DNA of 64,000 nt, taken from an uncultured bacterium (GTDB taxonomy: Bacteria; JAHJDO01). Under the pieces are notes generated by a model that was not told the origin of the DNA, did not search any database, and was given only the letters and a program-made list of their open reading frames with translations. A program made the position numbers and the translations under genes. Below, one piece after another: positions 38,465 to 47,378 of this stretch (its first letter is position 1; every line of letters starts with the position of its first letter). The stretch is taken from NCBI GenBank assembly GCA_964437505.1, contig CAYTGU010000006.1, forward strand, positions 5,400 through 69,399, in the 5' to 3' direction.

Positions 38465-39532
38465 ATGAATATTGATAAATTGAGAAAAACAATAGATGAA
38501 GTAGATGAGGAGATTTTGAGCCTGTTAAATCAAAGAGCAAAAACAGCAGTGGCTATTGGCAAAGAAAAGCAAAAAAAGCGATTAAAAACACACGACAGGA
38601 TTCGTGAGGAGAAGATTCTAAAAGAACTTGTTTTAGGGAATAAGGGGCCTTTATCAAAAAAAATGATTATTGCTGTATATCGGGAAATACTATCTGTATG
38701 CCGCGGTTTGCAGTCCTCCATTAAAGTAGCATATTTGGGTCCAAAAGCTTCTAATGCCTATCTTGCTGTAAGGAAGAGATTTGGAGCAGCTGTTGGTTTT
38801 ATTCCTGTTAATACTATTTTTGATGTTTTTAGAGAAGTTGAAAAGGACAAAGCTCAGTTTGGACTTGTTCCTGTTGAAAACTCCACAGAGGGAATAATTT
38901 CCTATACGTTAGATATGTTTTTTAACTCTGAACTTAAGATATCTGGAGAAGTGAGTCTGCCTATTACTCATAATTTGTTAGCAAAAGGTTCTAAAAAGGA
39001 AATTAAACGTGTATATTCTCATCCGCAGGCTCTGGCACAGTGTAGAACATGGATAAGTAATAATCTGGACTCTGTCCAATTTATAGAAACAGCCAGTACT
39101 GCGGAGGCGGCAAAGCTGGCATCTCAGTCAAAACAGAACGGAGCAATAGCCAATGAACTTGCTGCTGAAATATACAATTTAAACGTATTAGAACAGCGTA
39201 TTGAAGATTCAGAAACTAATCTGACACGTTTTCTTGTGATTAGTAAGAATATTAGTGAAAAATGCGAGCAGATGAAGACTTCTATTATGTTCTTTGTAAA
39301 GGATGAACCTGGATCGCTTTATAATATGCTTGAGATTTTTAAAAGACATAATATTAATTTAACAAAGATTGAATCACGGCCGTCCAAGCAGAAAGCATGG
39401 GAGTATATCTTCTTTATTGACTTCAAAGGGTACTGGAAGGATAAAAAGATGGAAGTTGCACTAAAAGAATTAGAGAAAAAGTGTATTTCTTTGAAAGTGC
39501 TGGGTTCATATCCTGTTGACACTGCTGTCTAA
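38465..39532 (+). CDS. pheA: Chorismate mutase/prephenate dehydratase (P-protein)
   Basis: LRK.ID.VD..IL.LLN.RA; VPVENS.EG; SHPQALAQC; N.TRF; ACT domain with IESRPS. Confidence 0.94.
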   Translation: MNIDKLRKTIDEVDEEILSLLNQRAKTAVAIGKEKQKKRLKTHDRIREEKILKELVLGNKGPLSKKMIIAVYREILSVCRGLQSSIKVAYLGPKASNAYLAVRKRFGAAVGFIPVNTIFDVFREVEKDKAQFGLVPVENSTEGIISYTLDMFFNSELKISGEVSLPITHNLLAKGSKKEIKRVYSHPQALAQCRTWISNNLDSVQFIETASTAEAAKLASQSKQNGAIANELAAEIYNLNVLEQRIEDSETNLTRFLVISKNISEKCEQMKTSIMFFVKDEPGSLYNMLEIFKRHNINLTKIESRPSKQKAWEYIFFIDFKGYWKDKKMEVALKELEKKCISLKVLGSYPVDTAV

Positions 39533-39572
39533 ATTTGCTAAAAGGCGAGTACTTCTGTAAGGAAGAACACAC

Positions 39573-40352
39573 ATGTATGCGGAAAGAACATACCAGCAAT
39601 TAGTAAAAGAGGATGATTTAGTGGTAACTAGAGTAATTGTTAAGGAAACAGAACTCTTCATTAAAGCATGCGTAGACTTAGAAGAAGAAGCTTTAGATTC
39701 TCTACTGAAACATCGTAAATACATAGAGGATTATATAAATCAGGACCCTTTATTTGAGACAGCATTGTCTTCATATGCTCCAAGTGATGATGCTCCTGGG
39801 ATAGTAAAAGAAATGGCTGTGCAGGCAGGTAAGGTTAATGTTGGTCCTATGGCATCAGTTGCCGGCGCAATTGCGGAATATGTTGGAAAGGATCTTACTG
39901 AATTTAGTGACGAGCTTATCATAGAAAATGGCGGCGATGTGTATATAGATAGTAAGAGAACAAGAAATGTTTGTATTTTTGCAGGAGAGTCCATTTTTAG
40001 TAAAGACATAAAAATTAAAATAGAATCTCAACACATGCCAATAGGTGTCTGTACATCAAGCGGTTCAGTAGGACATTCTATGAGTTTTGGAGCGGCAGAT
40101 GCAGTGACTGTTTTATCTAAGTCAGCGGTCTTTGCAGATGCGACAGCTACAGCCGTAGCGAATATGGTAGAAACAGAGGAAGATGTGGAAAGGATTTTGA
40201 ATTTTTCAAGAAAAATCCACAATCTTAACGGAGTAATTATCATAAAAAATAATACTCTAGGCGCATGGGGAGATTTTTATATTGAAAGGGGGGGAGAAAT
40301 AGAGTGCCAAAAGTCAGGGTACGAAAAGATGAACCAATTGATAAAGCACTGA
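39573..40352 (+). CDS. UPF0280 / ApbE-like family protein
   Basis: YAERTY, VKETEL, VGPMASVAGAIA, ENGGD, GVCTSSG.VGHS.SFG.ADAV. Confidence 0.85.
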   Translation: MYAERTYQQLVKEDDLVVTRVIVKETELFIKACVDLEEEALDSLLKHRKYIEDYINQDPLFETALSSYAPSDDAPGIVKEMAVQAGKVNVGPMASVAGAIAEYVGKDLTEFSDELIIENGGDVYIDSKRTRNVCIFAGESIFSKDIKIKIESQHMPIGVCTSSGSVGHSMSFGAADAVTVLSKSAVFADATATAVANMVETEEDVERILNFSRKIHNLNGVIIIKNNTLGAWGDFYIERGGEIECQKSGYEKMNQLIKH

Positions 40353-40501
40353 GACGGCTAAAAAGGAAGATGGATAAAGAGGGTATAATAAAACAGATAA
40401 GACAACTTGAACATTTCGAGAAACCGTCTCAAAAGAAGCGCAGGAAAATGCTTAAAGCCAAGAAAGACGCTTACAATAAAAGTAGAAAGAAGGATCAGTA
40501 G
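40304..40501 (+). CDS. rpsU: 30S ribosomal protein S21
   Basis: MPKVRVRKDEPIDKALRRLKR, EHFEKPSQKKRRK; GTG start with strong SD. Confidence 0.93.
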   Translation: MPKVRVRKDEPIDKALRRLKRKMDKEGIIKQIRQLEHFEKPSQKKRRKMLKAKKDAYNKSRKKDQ

Positions 40502-40503
40502 TA

Positions 40504-41190
40504 ATGAGTCTATTTTTTCTTATCATTACTATAGCCTTAATCTTCTTGATTTGGGAGATTGCATCGGTTGCTCTTTCAATTACAGGGTTGGCGCATGACA
40601 AGGCTCGCTTTCAGGCTCTTTCTGCCTTAACAGGAACAGGTTTTACAACAAGAGATTCAGAGCTTATAGTTAGTCATCGTCAAAGACGAGCAATCGTAAT
40701 GGGCTTAATGATTATTGGGAATATTGGTATTATACTGATTCTTTCAAATATTATTGTTTCTAAGACTACGGTGTATTTATTTGTAAAACTGGGCATTCTT
40801 TTTACATTGCTGTTTTTTTTATATAAGATTACCTCTTATAAAGGATTGATGCGTAAGTTAAAGAGCAAGATAGAGGATAAATTGCTTGCAAGTTCTGTGT
40901 TTGAAAAAAGAGCAATAGAAGAAATTCTTAATTTAGCTCAGGGATATGGTGTTGTAGAATTAAATCTAAAAGAAAATTTTCCTTATATCGGACATACACT
41001 TGCAGAGTCGCCTTTAAGAGATAAAGATATATTAGTTTTAGCAATAAAAAGAGATCAGACAACTATTCCTGCACCAAAAGGTCAGAGAAAAATGCAGATA
41101 GATGATACATTGATTTGTTATGGTAAATTGGCCAGCATGAAAGAACTAATTAGTAAGCAAAAATCAAAAAGAGGGATAAAAGTTGGATAG
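40504..41190 (+). CDS. Membrane protein with channel-pore-like segment and TrkA-C (RCK_C) domain
   Basis: ARFQALSALTGTGFTT..SE; C-terminal IGHTLAES.LR...ILVLAIKR......P......D.LI.YG. Confidence 0.8.
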   Translation: MSLFFLIITIALIFLIWEIASVALSITGLAHDKARFQALSALTGTGFTTRDSELIVSHRQRRAIVMGLMIIGNIGIILILSNIIVSKTTVYLFVKLGILFTLLFFLYKITSYKGLMRKLKSKIEDKLLASSVFEKRAIEEILNLAQGYGVVELNLKENFPYIGHTLAESPLRDKDILVLAIKRDQTTIPAPKGQRKMQIDDTLICYGKLASMKELISKQKSKRGIKVG

Positions 41191-42388
41191 GCTGGACTTA
41201 ATAAAGGATCTATCAATTACCAATGATACAAAGATGGTTCTGTTGGTTCTTGACGGGCTTGGAGGGCTGGGTTTAGAACCGGGAGGAAAGACAGAGCTGG
41301 AAACAGCAAATACCCCTAATCTTGATTTGCTTGCAGAATCAGCTGCATTGGGAATAACTGATCCTATAATGCAGGGAATAACTCCTGGAAGCGGGCCCGC
41401 GCATCTTGGGCTTTTTGGATATGATCCGATCAAATACAGAATAGGCAGAGGAGCTCTCGCAGCTGCAGGGATAGGATTTAACATGCAGGAAAACGACTTA
41501 GCAGCTAGAATTAATTTTGCTACAGCTGATGATAGTGGACTGATAACAGATCGCAGAGCTGGTCGTATTGCGACGGATGAAAGCTCTCAGTTATGTACCT
41601 TGTTAGCTAAAATAGAAATCAGAAACGTTAAAATATTTGTAAAACCAGTAAAAGAACATCGCGCAGTAGTAATATTTAGAGGAGATAGCTTATCAGATAA
41701 ACTATCGGATTCTGATCCTCAGAAAACAGGTGTGCAAGCTAAAGAGGTAGTTGCTTTAGCTGATGGGGCTAAAACTACAGCTGTTTTTGTGAATGAGTTT
41801 ATTCACAAAGCTCAAAGTATATTAGCTGATAAACATCCGGCAAATACGGTATTATTAAGAGGTTTTGCAAAAACGCCGAGCTTGCCGCAGATGAAGAATG
41901 TATACAAGCTGAATGCTGCTGCTATTGCAAGTTATCCAATGTATAAAGGACTTGCTCGATTTGTTGGCATGGAGATACTTCAGACAGGTCCAACAATAAG
42001 AGAAGAATTCGAGACGTTAAAAACCAGTTTTAACGAATATGATTTCTTCTTTATACATATAAAGGCAACCGACAGTTCCGGAGAGGACGGTAATTTTGCC
42101 AAGAAGGTGAAGGTTATAGAAGAAGTTGATAAGAATTTAGCGCTTATTACTTCTCTTAATCCTGATGTTCTGGTCGTAACAGGCGATCATTCCACACCTG
42201 CTGCCCTGAAATCACACAGCTGGCATCCTGTTCCCTTTTTACTGTATTCAAAATACTGCAGATTTGATAATGCAAAACATTTTGGAGAAACATATTGTTC
42301 TAAAGGAACGCTGGGAAGATTCCCGGCTGTTGATATAATGTCTTTAATGCTGGCTAATTCATTAAGATTAACTAAATACGGAGCATAG
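41183..42388 (+). CDS. apgM: 2,3-BPG-independent phosphoglycerate mutase, archaeal ApgM type
   Basis: LLVLDGLG, TELE.A.TPNLD, PGSGPAHL, H.K.TD..G.DG, TGDHSTP, HSWHPVP. Confidence 0.9.
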   Translation: MDRLDLIKDLSITNDTKMVLLVLDGLGGLGLEPGGKTELETANTPNLDLLAESAALGITDPIMQGITPGSGPAHLGLFGYDPIKYRIGRGALAAAGIGFNMQENDLAARINFATADDSGLITDRRAGRIATDESSQLCTLLAKIEIRNVKIFVKPVKEHRAVVIFRGDSLSDKLSDSDPQKTGVQAKEVVALADGAKTTAVFVNEFIHKAQSILADKHPANTVLLRGFAKTPSLPQMKNVYKLNAAAIASYPMYKGLARFVGMEILQTGPTIREEFETLKTSFNEYDFFFIHIKATDSSGEDGNFAKKVKVIEEVDKNLALITSLNPDVLVVTGDHSTPAALKSHSWHPVPFLLYSKYCRFDNAKHFGETYCSKGTLGRFPAVDIMSLMLANSLRLTKYGA

Positions 42389-42392
42389 AATT

Positions 42393-43346
42393 ATGAAAGT
42401 TTTAATTACGGGAATCACCGGTTTTGTAGGCAGTCACCTTGCTGATTATACATTAGCAAAAGAGAATGTTGAAGTATATGGAACTATAAGGTGGCGTAGT
42501 AAAACAGAGAACATTGAGCATATAAAGGATAAACTTCATTTGATTCAGTGTAATCTTAATGATGCTTCGTCTGTAAATGATTTAATTGTAGACATAAAAC
42601 CAGATAAGATATTTCACTTGGCTGCGCAAAGTTTTGTGCCCACTTCATGGAACAGTCCGGCAGAAACCCTGACCTCAAATATTATTGGAGAATTAAACAT
42701 ATTTGAAGCCATTAGAAGGGCAAAGATTAATCCATGGATGCAGATTGCAGGTTCCTCAGAAGAATATGGTATGGTTTATCCTGATGAGACTCCCATAAAA
42801 GAGACAAACCCATTGAGACCGCTGAGCCCCTATGGAGTAAGTAAGGTTGGGCAGGATTTGCTGGCTTATCAGTACTATATGAGTTATAAGCTTAATGTTG
42901 TAAGAACCAGGGCTTTCAACCACACAGGACCAAGAAGAGGAGATGTTTTTGTTTGTTCGGAGTTTGCAAAGCGGATAGCAGAAATAGAAAAAGGACACAA
43001 GGAACCTATGATTCTTGTGGGAAATCTTGATGCTCAACGTGATTTTACAGACGTACGCGATATAGTAAAAGCCTACTGGCTGGGATTGGAAAAATGCGAG
43101 CCGGGGGAAGTTTATAACATATGTACAGGCAAAGCATATAAGATTAGCGAAGTTCTGGATATACTGATTAGTTTGTCAAATGCAAAAATAAAGGTAGGGA
43201 AAGATCCTGCAAAGATGAGACCTTCAGATGTTCCATATCTTGGCGGGGACAGCACTAAGTTCAGAGAAGCAACCGGATGGAACCCAGAGATTCCTTTTGA
43301 GAGAACATTAACAGACCTGTTGAATTACTGGCGAGAGAAGGTTTGA
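42393..43346 (+). CDS. GDP-mannose 4,6-dehydratase / Rmd-like NAD-dependent SDR
   Basis: LITGITGFVGSHL, HLAAQSFV, GSSEEYG, SPYGVSK, FNHTGPRR, GNLD..RDF.DVRD. Confidence 0.88.
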   Translation: MKVLITGITGFVGSHLADYTLAKENVEVYGTIRWRSKTENIEHIKDKLHLIQCNLNDASSVNDLIVDIKPDKIFHLAAQSFVPTSWNSPAETLTSNIIGELNIFEAIRRAKINPWMQIAGSSEEYGMVYPDETPIKETNPLRPLSPYGVSKVGQDLLAYQYYMSYKLNVVRTRAFNHTGPRRGDVFVCSEFAKRIAEIEKGHKEPMILVGNLDAQRDFTDVRDIVKAYWLGLEKCEPGEVYNICTGKAYKISEVLDILISLSNAKIKVGKDPAKMRPSDVPYLGGDSTKFREATGWNPEIPFERTLTDLLNYWREKV

Positions 43347-43361
43347 TAATTGGTATACTAA

Positions 43362-44105
43362 GTGAGTATCCAAACCACAGAAGCAATTGTTCTTAGAAGC
43401 ATAAATTTCGCAGAATCCAGTAAAATCGTTACATTCTATTCCCCTCAATTCGGCAAGATAAAAGGCATTGCAAAAGGTGTCAGAAGCGCAAAAAACAAGT
43501 TTGGCAGCAGCCTGGAGATATTCAGCCTCGTTACTTTGGTCTTTTATCAGAAGAAAACAGATATTCAGCTTATCAACCAATGCGATCTGGAAAATCCGTT
43601 TTTAAATATACGCAATGACCTGATAAGAACAGCTTATGCTTCATATTTTATAGAACTTATCAATAAAACTACTGAAGGGGATCAAGATAGCGAACAGATT
43701 TTTAACTTAGTTCTTAATGCATTAATTACATTAGAAACTACTAATGTGGAGCCGGAAGTTCTTGCGCATTTTTTTGAGGTCAGGCTTTTAGAAATGCTTG
43801 GATGCATGCCTGTTTTTGATAGGTGTGTGAATTGTGGGGGAAAGATAGTCAACGGGAAATTCAGCTGCAGGCTTGGAGGTATCCTTAATAATGAATGCTG
43901 GGGGGCAGATGAAAGCGCTCTTAGGGTATCTCTAGGCACTATACTGACTATACAGCATTTACAGGCATCTGATTTCCCTGCACTTTCCCGTTTGAAACTC
44001 AATAAATTATCTAGCAAAGAGCTTAAACTAGTGCTAGAATCCTATATAAAATATACGTTGGTTAAAAGCATAAACTCACTAAGTTTTTTAGAGAAAATAA
44101 CGTAG
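43362..44105 (+). CDS. recO: DNA repair protein RecO
   Basis: EAIVLR..NF.E..KIVT.Y....GKI..IAKG.R; P.FDRCVNCG; usual neighbour of glyQ. Confidence 0.92.
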   Translation: MSIQTTEAIVLRSINFAESSKIVTFYSPQFGKIKGIAKGVRSAKNKFGSSLEIFSLVTLVFYQKKTDIQLINQCDLENPFLNIRNDLIRTAYASYFIELINKTTEGDQDSEQIFNLVLNALITLETTNVEPEVLAHFFEVRLLEMLGCMPVFDRCVNCGGKIVNGKFSCRLGGILNNECWGADESALRVSLGTILTIQHLQASDFPALSRLKLNKLSSKELKLVLESYIKYTLVKSINSLSFLEKIT

Positions 44106-44152
44106 ATGCTTAAAGTATAGAGGATTGAAGAAAAAGACGAGGGAGTAATAAA

Positions 44153-44590
44153 ATGCCAGATGTTTTTATAATCATGGGAAAGACAAAGACAAAAAAGTCA
44201 GCAACTATTAGAGCGTTAACTGGGGTATTCCATGGAAAAGATTGGAAAGTAGCAACTCAGAACGAAACTATTGATATTTTTGTGCAGGTACGCGCCTTAC
44301 AAGAGGCAAAAATTAGTCCTAAGAATTTCATAAGACAGCGAAATGGCTCTCTAAATATTTTAGTGTGCTTATGGATTTCTAAAGGAAATGGACAACCTGA
44401 TGGAGACACTTATATCAAAGCTTTTCTTAAGGCAAGATGGAATATTAAAGAGATTGTGGTTCTTGGAACTGAAAAATTACCATATGATTTACCGCAAGAC
44501 ACGCCTAAGCCGAAATTCATCCACGATTCGCAAAATCGGCCAGCTAATTGGATAGCTTCTCAAGTTAGAGGATGGTGGAGATGGTTATGA
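44153..44590 (+). CDS. Hypothetical protein with degenerate P-loop-like N-terminus
   Basis: 145 aa, GGGAG RBS; VFIIMGKTKTKKSATIRALTG. Confidence 0.65.
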   Translation: MPDVFIIMGKTKTKKSATIRALTGVFHGKDWKVATQNETIDIFVQVRALQEAKISPKNFIRQRNGSLNILVCLWISKGNGQPDGDTYIKAFLKARWNIKEIVVLGTEKLPYDLPQDTPKPKFIHDSQNRPANWIASQVRGWWRWL

Positions 44591-45210
44591 GAAAAAACAT
44601 AATTTTATTATCTTTTATTCTAGTGTCGGTGGTTGTGTATGGCATAAGTGCCGATGAAATAATTACTGTTAGTATTTTTTTTGGTATATGTACCGTTTGT
44701 GCAATTGTAGCTATTCTATTCGGTATTAGACGTAAGCAAAAGACAAAAGAGGAGAAGGGTGAATTTATAGAAAATAAAGAAATAGCAAAAGAGCGACCAT
44801 CAGAACGCATAGCTAACGCTTATGTTAAGAAGAACGGGATAGAGGTTAAAATAACATCATCTTTGGGTCTTTCAACTTTCATCTTCATCATCATTGTACT
44901 TATCCTTGTGCTTTCAATAAGGTTATACTTAGTGGATCCATTGGAGAGTGTGGACACAGACAAGCTTCTGAACCTTGTCTGTTTGATATTAATTATACTA
45001 TGCCCATTAGCTTGGTTACTTGAGAAATTGATTGGTCCTTGTACAATAGCTAGAGTGACTGGAGCTTGTCCATATTGTGGTACCATGCTTACTATTACTT
45101 GTGGTAGGAGTAGAATTAAATTTCCCTATTCCTTCACTTGTGAGGTCTGTAGGGAATTGATTATTCTCAAAGAAGAGAAATTCTTTAAGAAAGATGATAT
45201 AGTAATCTAA
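44572..45210 (+). CDS. Hypothetical membrane protein with C-terminal zinc ribbon
   Basis: About four TM segments; CPYCG...CEVC. Start may be 44581 or 44587. Confidence 0.65.
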   Translation: MVEMVMRKNIILLSFILVSVVVYGISADEIITVSIFFGICTVCAIVAILFGIRRKQKTKEEKGEFIENKEIAKERPSERIANAYVKKNGIEVKITSSLGLSTFIFIIIVLILVLSIRLYLVDPLESVDTDKLLNLVCLILIILCPLAWLLEKLIGPCTIARVTGACPYCGTMLTITCGRSRIKFPYSFTCEVCRELIILKEEKFFKKDDIVI

Positions 45211-45231
45211 AGAAGTATTAACAAAAAGCAG

Positions 45232-45519
45232 GTGGGGAATATGGGAGAAGGAAAACAATTTGATTGGATTCTGGAAAGGGGAAAGTGTAAAGTTGCAACT
45301 AACGCATGTGTCCAAAATAAGAAACGAGTCTGTACTCTTTATATTGTTGATGAAATAAATGAAAGGACGCTTGATGAACACTTCATGATCCAGAATTTAT
45401 CACTCTCAAAATTTACTAAATACATAAAAGGAACTTTCTCAAAAGCAGAAACCCATGAGATAAATAAACTCTTTTATAAAATCGTTGCGTCACTAGATGA
45501 AATGGGAAAAGATGACTAA
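45232..45519 (+). CDS. Hypothetical protein
   Basis: 95-aa ORF co-oriented with its neighbours; no motif recognised. Confidence 0.45.
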   Translation: MGNMGEGKQFDWILERGKCKVATNACVQNKKRVCTLYIVDEINERTLDEHFMIQNLSLSKFTKYIKGTFSKAETHEINKLFYKIVASLDEMGKDD

Positions 45520-45602
45520 ATGCAAGAATGTTAAGAATGCATCAAATCTTTATCAGACAAATTAGAAAGAATAATACGAAAATGATATTGCATACCAAAC
45601 AT

Positions 45603-45670
45603 CTGGATTCCCCGATTAAATCGGAGAATGACAAGCAAGATTGCCACGGGACTTTGTCTCTCGCAATGAC
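45603..45670. repeat. Two adjacent palindromic repeats ending in AATGAC (RPE/dRS3-like)
   Basis: ATTCCCCGAT-TAA-ATCGGAGAAT-GAC (45607-45632) and ATTGC...GCAAT-GAC (45640-45670). Confidence 0.65.
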
Positions 45671-45696
45671 CGGTGATGAATAAAAAAGAGAAATAA

Positions 45697-46518
45697 ATGA
45701 CAAGAGAAATACAGAAAATAGAAGTTCAAGGAGCAAAAATTCGTCTCATATCTAAAAATGGGAAGGATTATATTTCTCTAACTGATATGATCAAGTCATT
45801 CGGAGATGAAACTATAATTTACAACTGGATGCGTAACGGAAATACTATCGAATTTCTTGGCATTTGGGAACAAATTAATAATCCAGATTTTAAACCTGTC
45901 GAATTCGATAGGTTTAAAAGTGAATCCGGGCTCAATCGATTTGCTATGTCTCCCAAAAAATGGACAGAAGCGACAAAGGCTATAGGAATTTTTTCAAAAT
46001 CTGGTCGTTATGGCGGCGGGACTTATGCTCATAAAGACATTGCTTTTGAATTCGGTTCTTGGCTAAGTCCAGAATTTAAACTTTATCTGATTACAGAATT
46101 CCAACGATTAAAAGAAGAAGAAAATAAAACAAAAAAATTAGAATGGAATCTTCAACGTACATTGGCTAAAATTAATTATAGAATTCATACCGATGCAATA
46201 AAAGAGAAATTGATTCCAGCTAAATTGTCAAAAGATCAAATTAATTTTATTTACGCTAACGAGGCAGATGTTTTAAATATGGCTCTATTTGGTAAAACAG
46301 CCAAAGAGTGGAGAGGAAAAAATCCTAATAAAACTGGTAATATTCGAGACTATGCAACCATAGAACAACTTGTTATATTAACGAATTTAGAGAGCATTAA
46401 TGCGATGCTTATTCAACAAAATTTTGACCAAAAAGGGAGATTGCAAAAATTAAATGAGTTAGCAATATCACAAATGAAGTCTTTATTAAGCAACCAAAAT
46501 ATTAGAAAATTAAAATAA
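45697..46518 (+). CDS. KilA-N domain DNA-binding protein
   Basis: DYISLTDM, NWMRN..TIEFLG.WE...NP.F, SGRYGGGTYAHKDIAFEF.SWLSPEFKLYLI.EFQRLK. Confidence 0.9.
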   Translation: MTREIQKIEVQGAKIRLISKNGKDYISLTDMIKSFGDETIIYNWMRNGNTIEFLGIWEQINNPDFKPVEFDRFKSESGLNRFAMSPKKWTEATKAIGIFSKSGRYGGGTYAHKDIAFEFGSWLSPEFKLYLITEFQRLKEEENKTKKLEWNLQRTLAKINYRIHTDAIKEKLIPAKLSKDQINFIYANEADVLNMALFGKTAKEWRGKNPNKTGNIRDYATIEQLVILTNLESINAMLIQQNFDQKGRLQKLNELAISQMKSLLSNQNIRKLK

Positions 46519-46538
46519 AAATTTTAGAATAAAAAATC

Positions 46539-47378
46539 ATGACTTTTCAAGAGATCATATCAGCACTTAGTAAATATTGGGCTAAACATGGTTGTGTAAT
46601 TGCCCAGCCCTATGATCTTGAGGTTGGGGCAGGGACTTTCAGTCCTTATACTTTTTTGAGAGTGCTTGATGAAAAGCAGTGGAAGACTGCCTATGTTCAG
46701 CCGTCCAGAAGGCCTACAGACGGAAGGTATGGAGAAAACCCAAACAGACTTGGCCGCTATTATCAGTATCAGGTAATATTGAAACCTTCTCCTGATAATG
46801 TGCAGGACATATATCTGGACAGTCTTAAAGAACTGGGTATAGATCTCTCTAAACACGATATAAGGTTTGTTGAGGATGACTGGGAATCTCCAACACTTGG
46901 TGCAACAGGGCTCGGCTGGGAGGTTTGGCTTGACGGCATGGAAATAACGCAGTTTACGTATTTTCAACAGGTTGGAGGAGTTGAGCTAAATCCTGTATCA
47001 GTTGAGCTGACTTACGGGCTGGAGCGGATTGCAATGTATCTTCAGGAAAAAGACAATGTCTTTGATATTGATTGGACAAGTGAGTTTAAATATGGAGATG
47101 TTTACAGGGATAATGAAAAAGAGTTTTCTGTATATAACTTTGAGAAGGCTGATACAAAAATGCAGTTTAAACTTTTTAATATGTATGAAAAAGAAGCAAA
47201 AAAGTTGATAGAAGAAAAACTAGTTCTTCCTGCCTACGATTATACATTGAAATGTTCTCACTCCTTTAATGTTCTAGACGCGAGAGGAATTATAGGTGTG
47301 GCAGAAAGAGCCAAATTCATACAGAGAGTGAGAAAACTGGCTTGTATGTGCGCAAGAGCTTATCTGGAGAAAGAATGA
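46539..47378 (+). CDS. glyQ: Glycine--tRNA ligase alpha subunit
   Basis: [48 protein letters not shown]. Confidence 0.98.
   Translation: MTFQEIISALSKYWAKHGCVIAQPYDLEVGAGTFSPYTFLRVLDEKQWKTAYVQPSRRPTDGRYGENPNRLGRYYQYQVILKPSPDNVQDIYLDSLKELGIDLSKHDIRFVEDDWESPTLGATGLGWEVWLDGMEITQFTYFQQVGGVELNPVSVELTYGLERIAMYLQEKDNVFDIDWTSEFKYGDVYRDNEKEFSVYNFEKADTKMQFKLFNMYEKEAKKLIEEKLVLPAYDYTLKCSHSFNVLDARGIIGVAERAKFIQRVRKLACMCARAYLEKE

Noticed and set aside
45542-45736. 64-aa minus ORF in the island
   Set aside because: It is read through the palindromic repeats and overlaps the KilA-N start.
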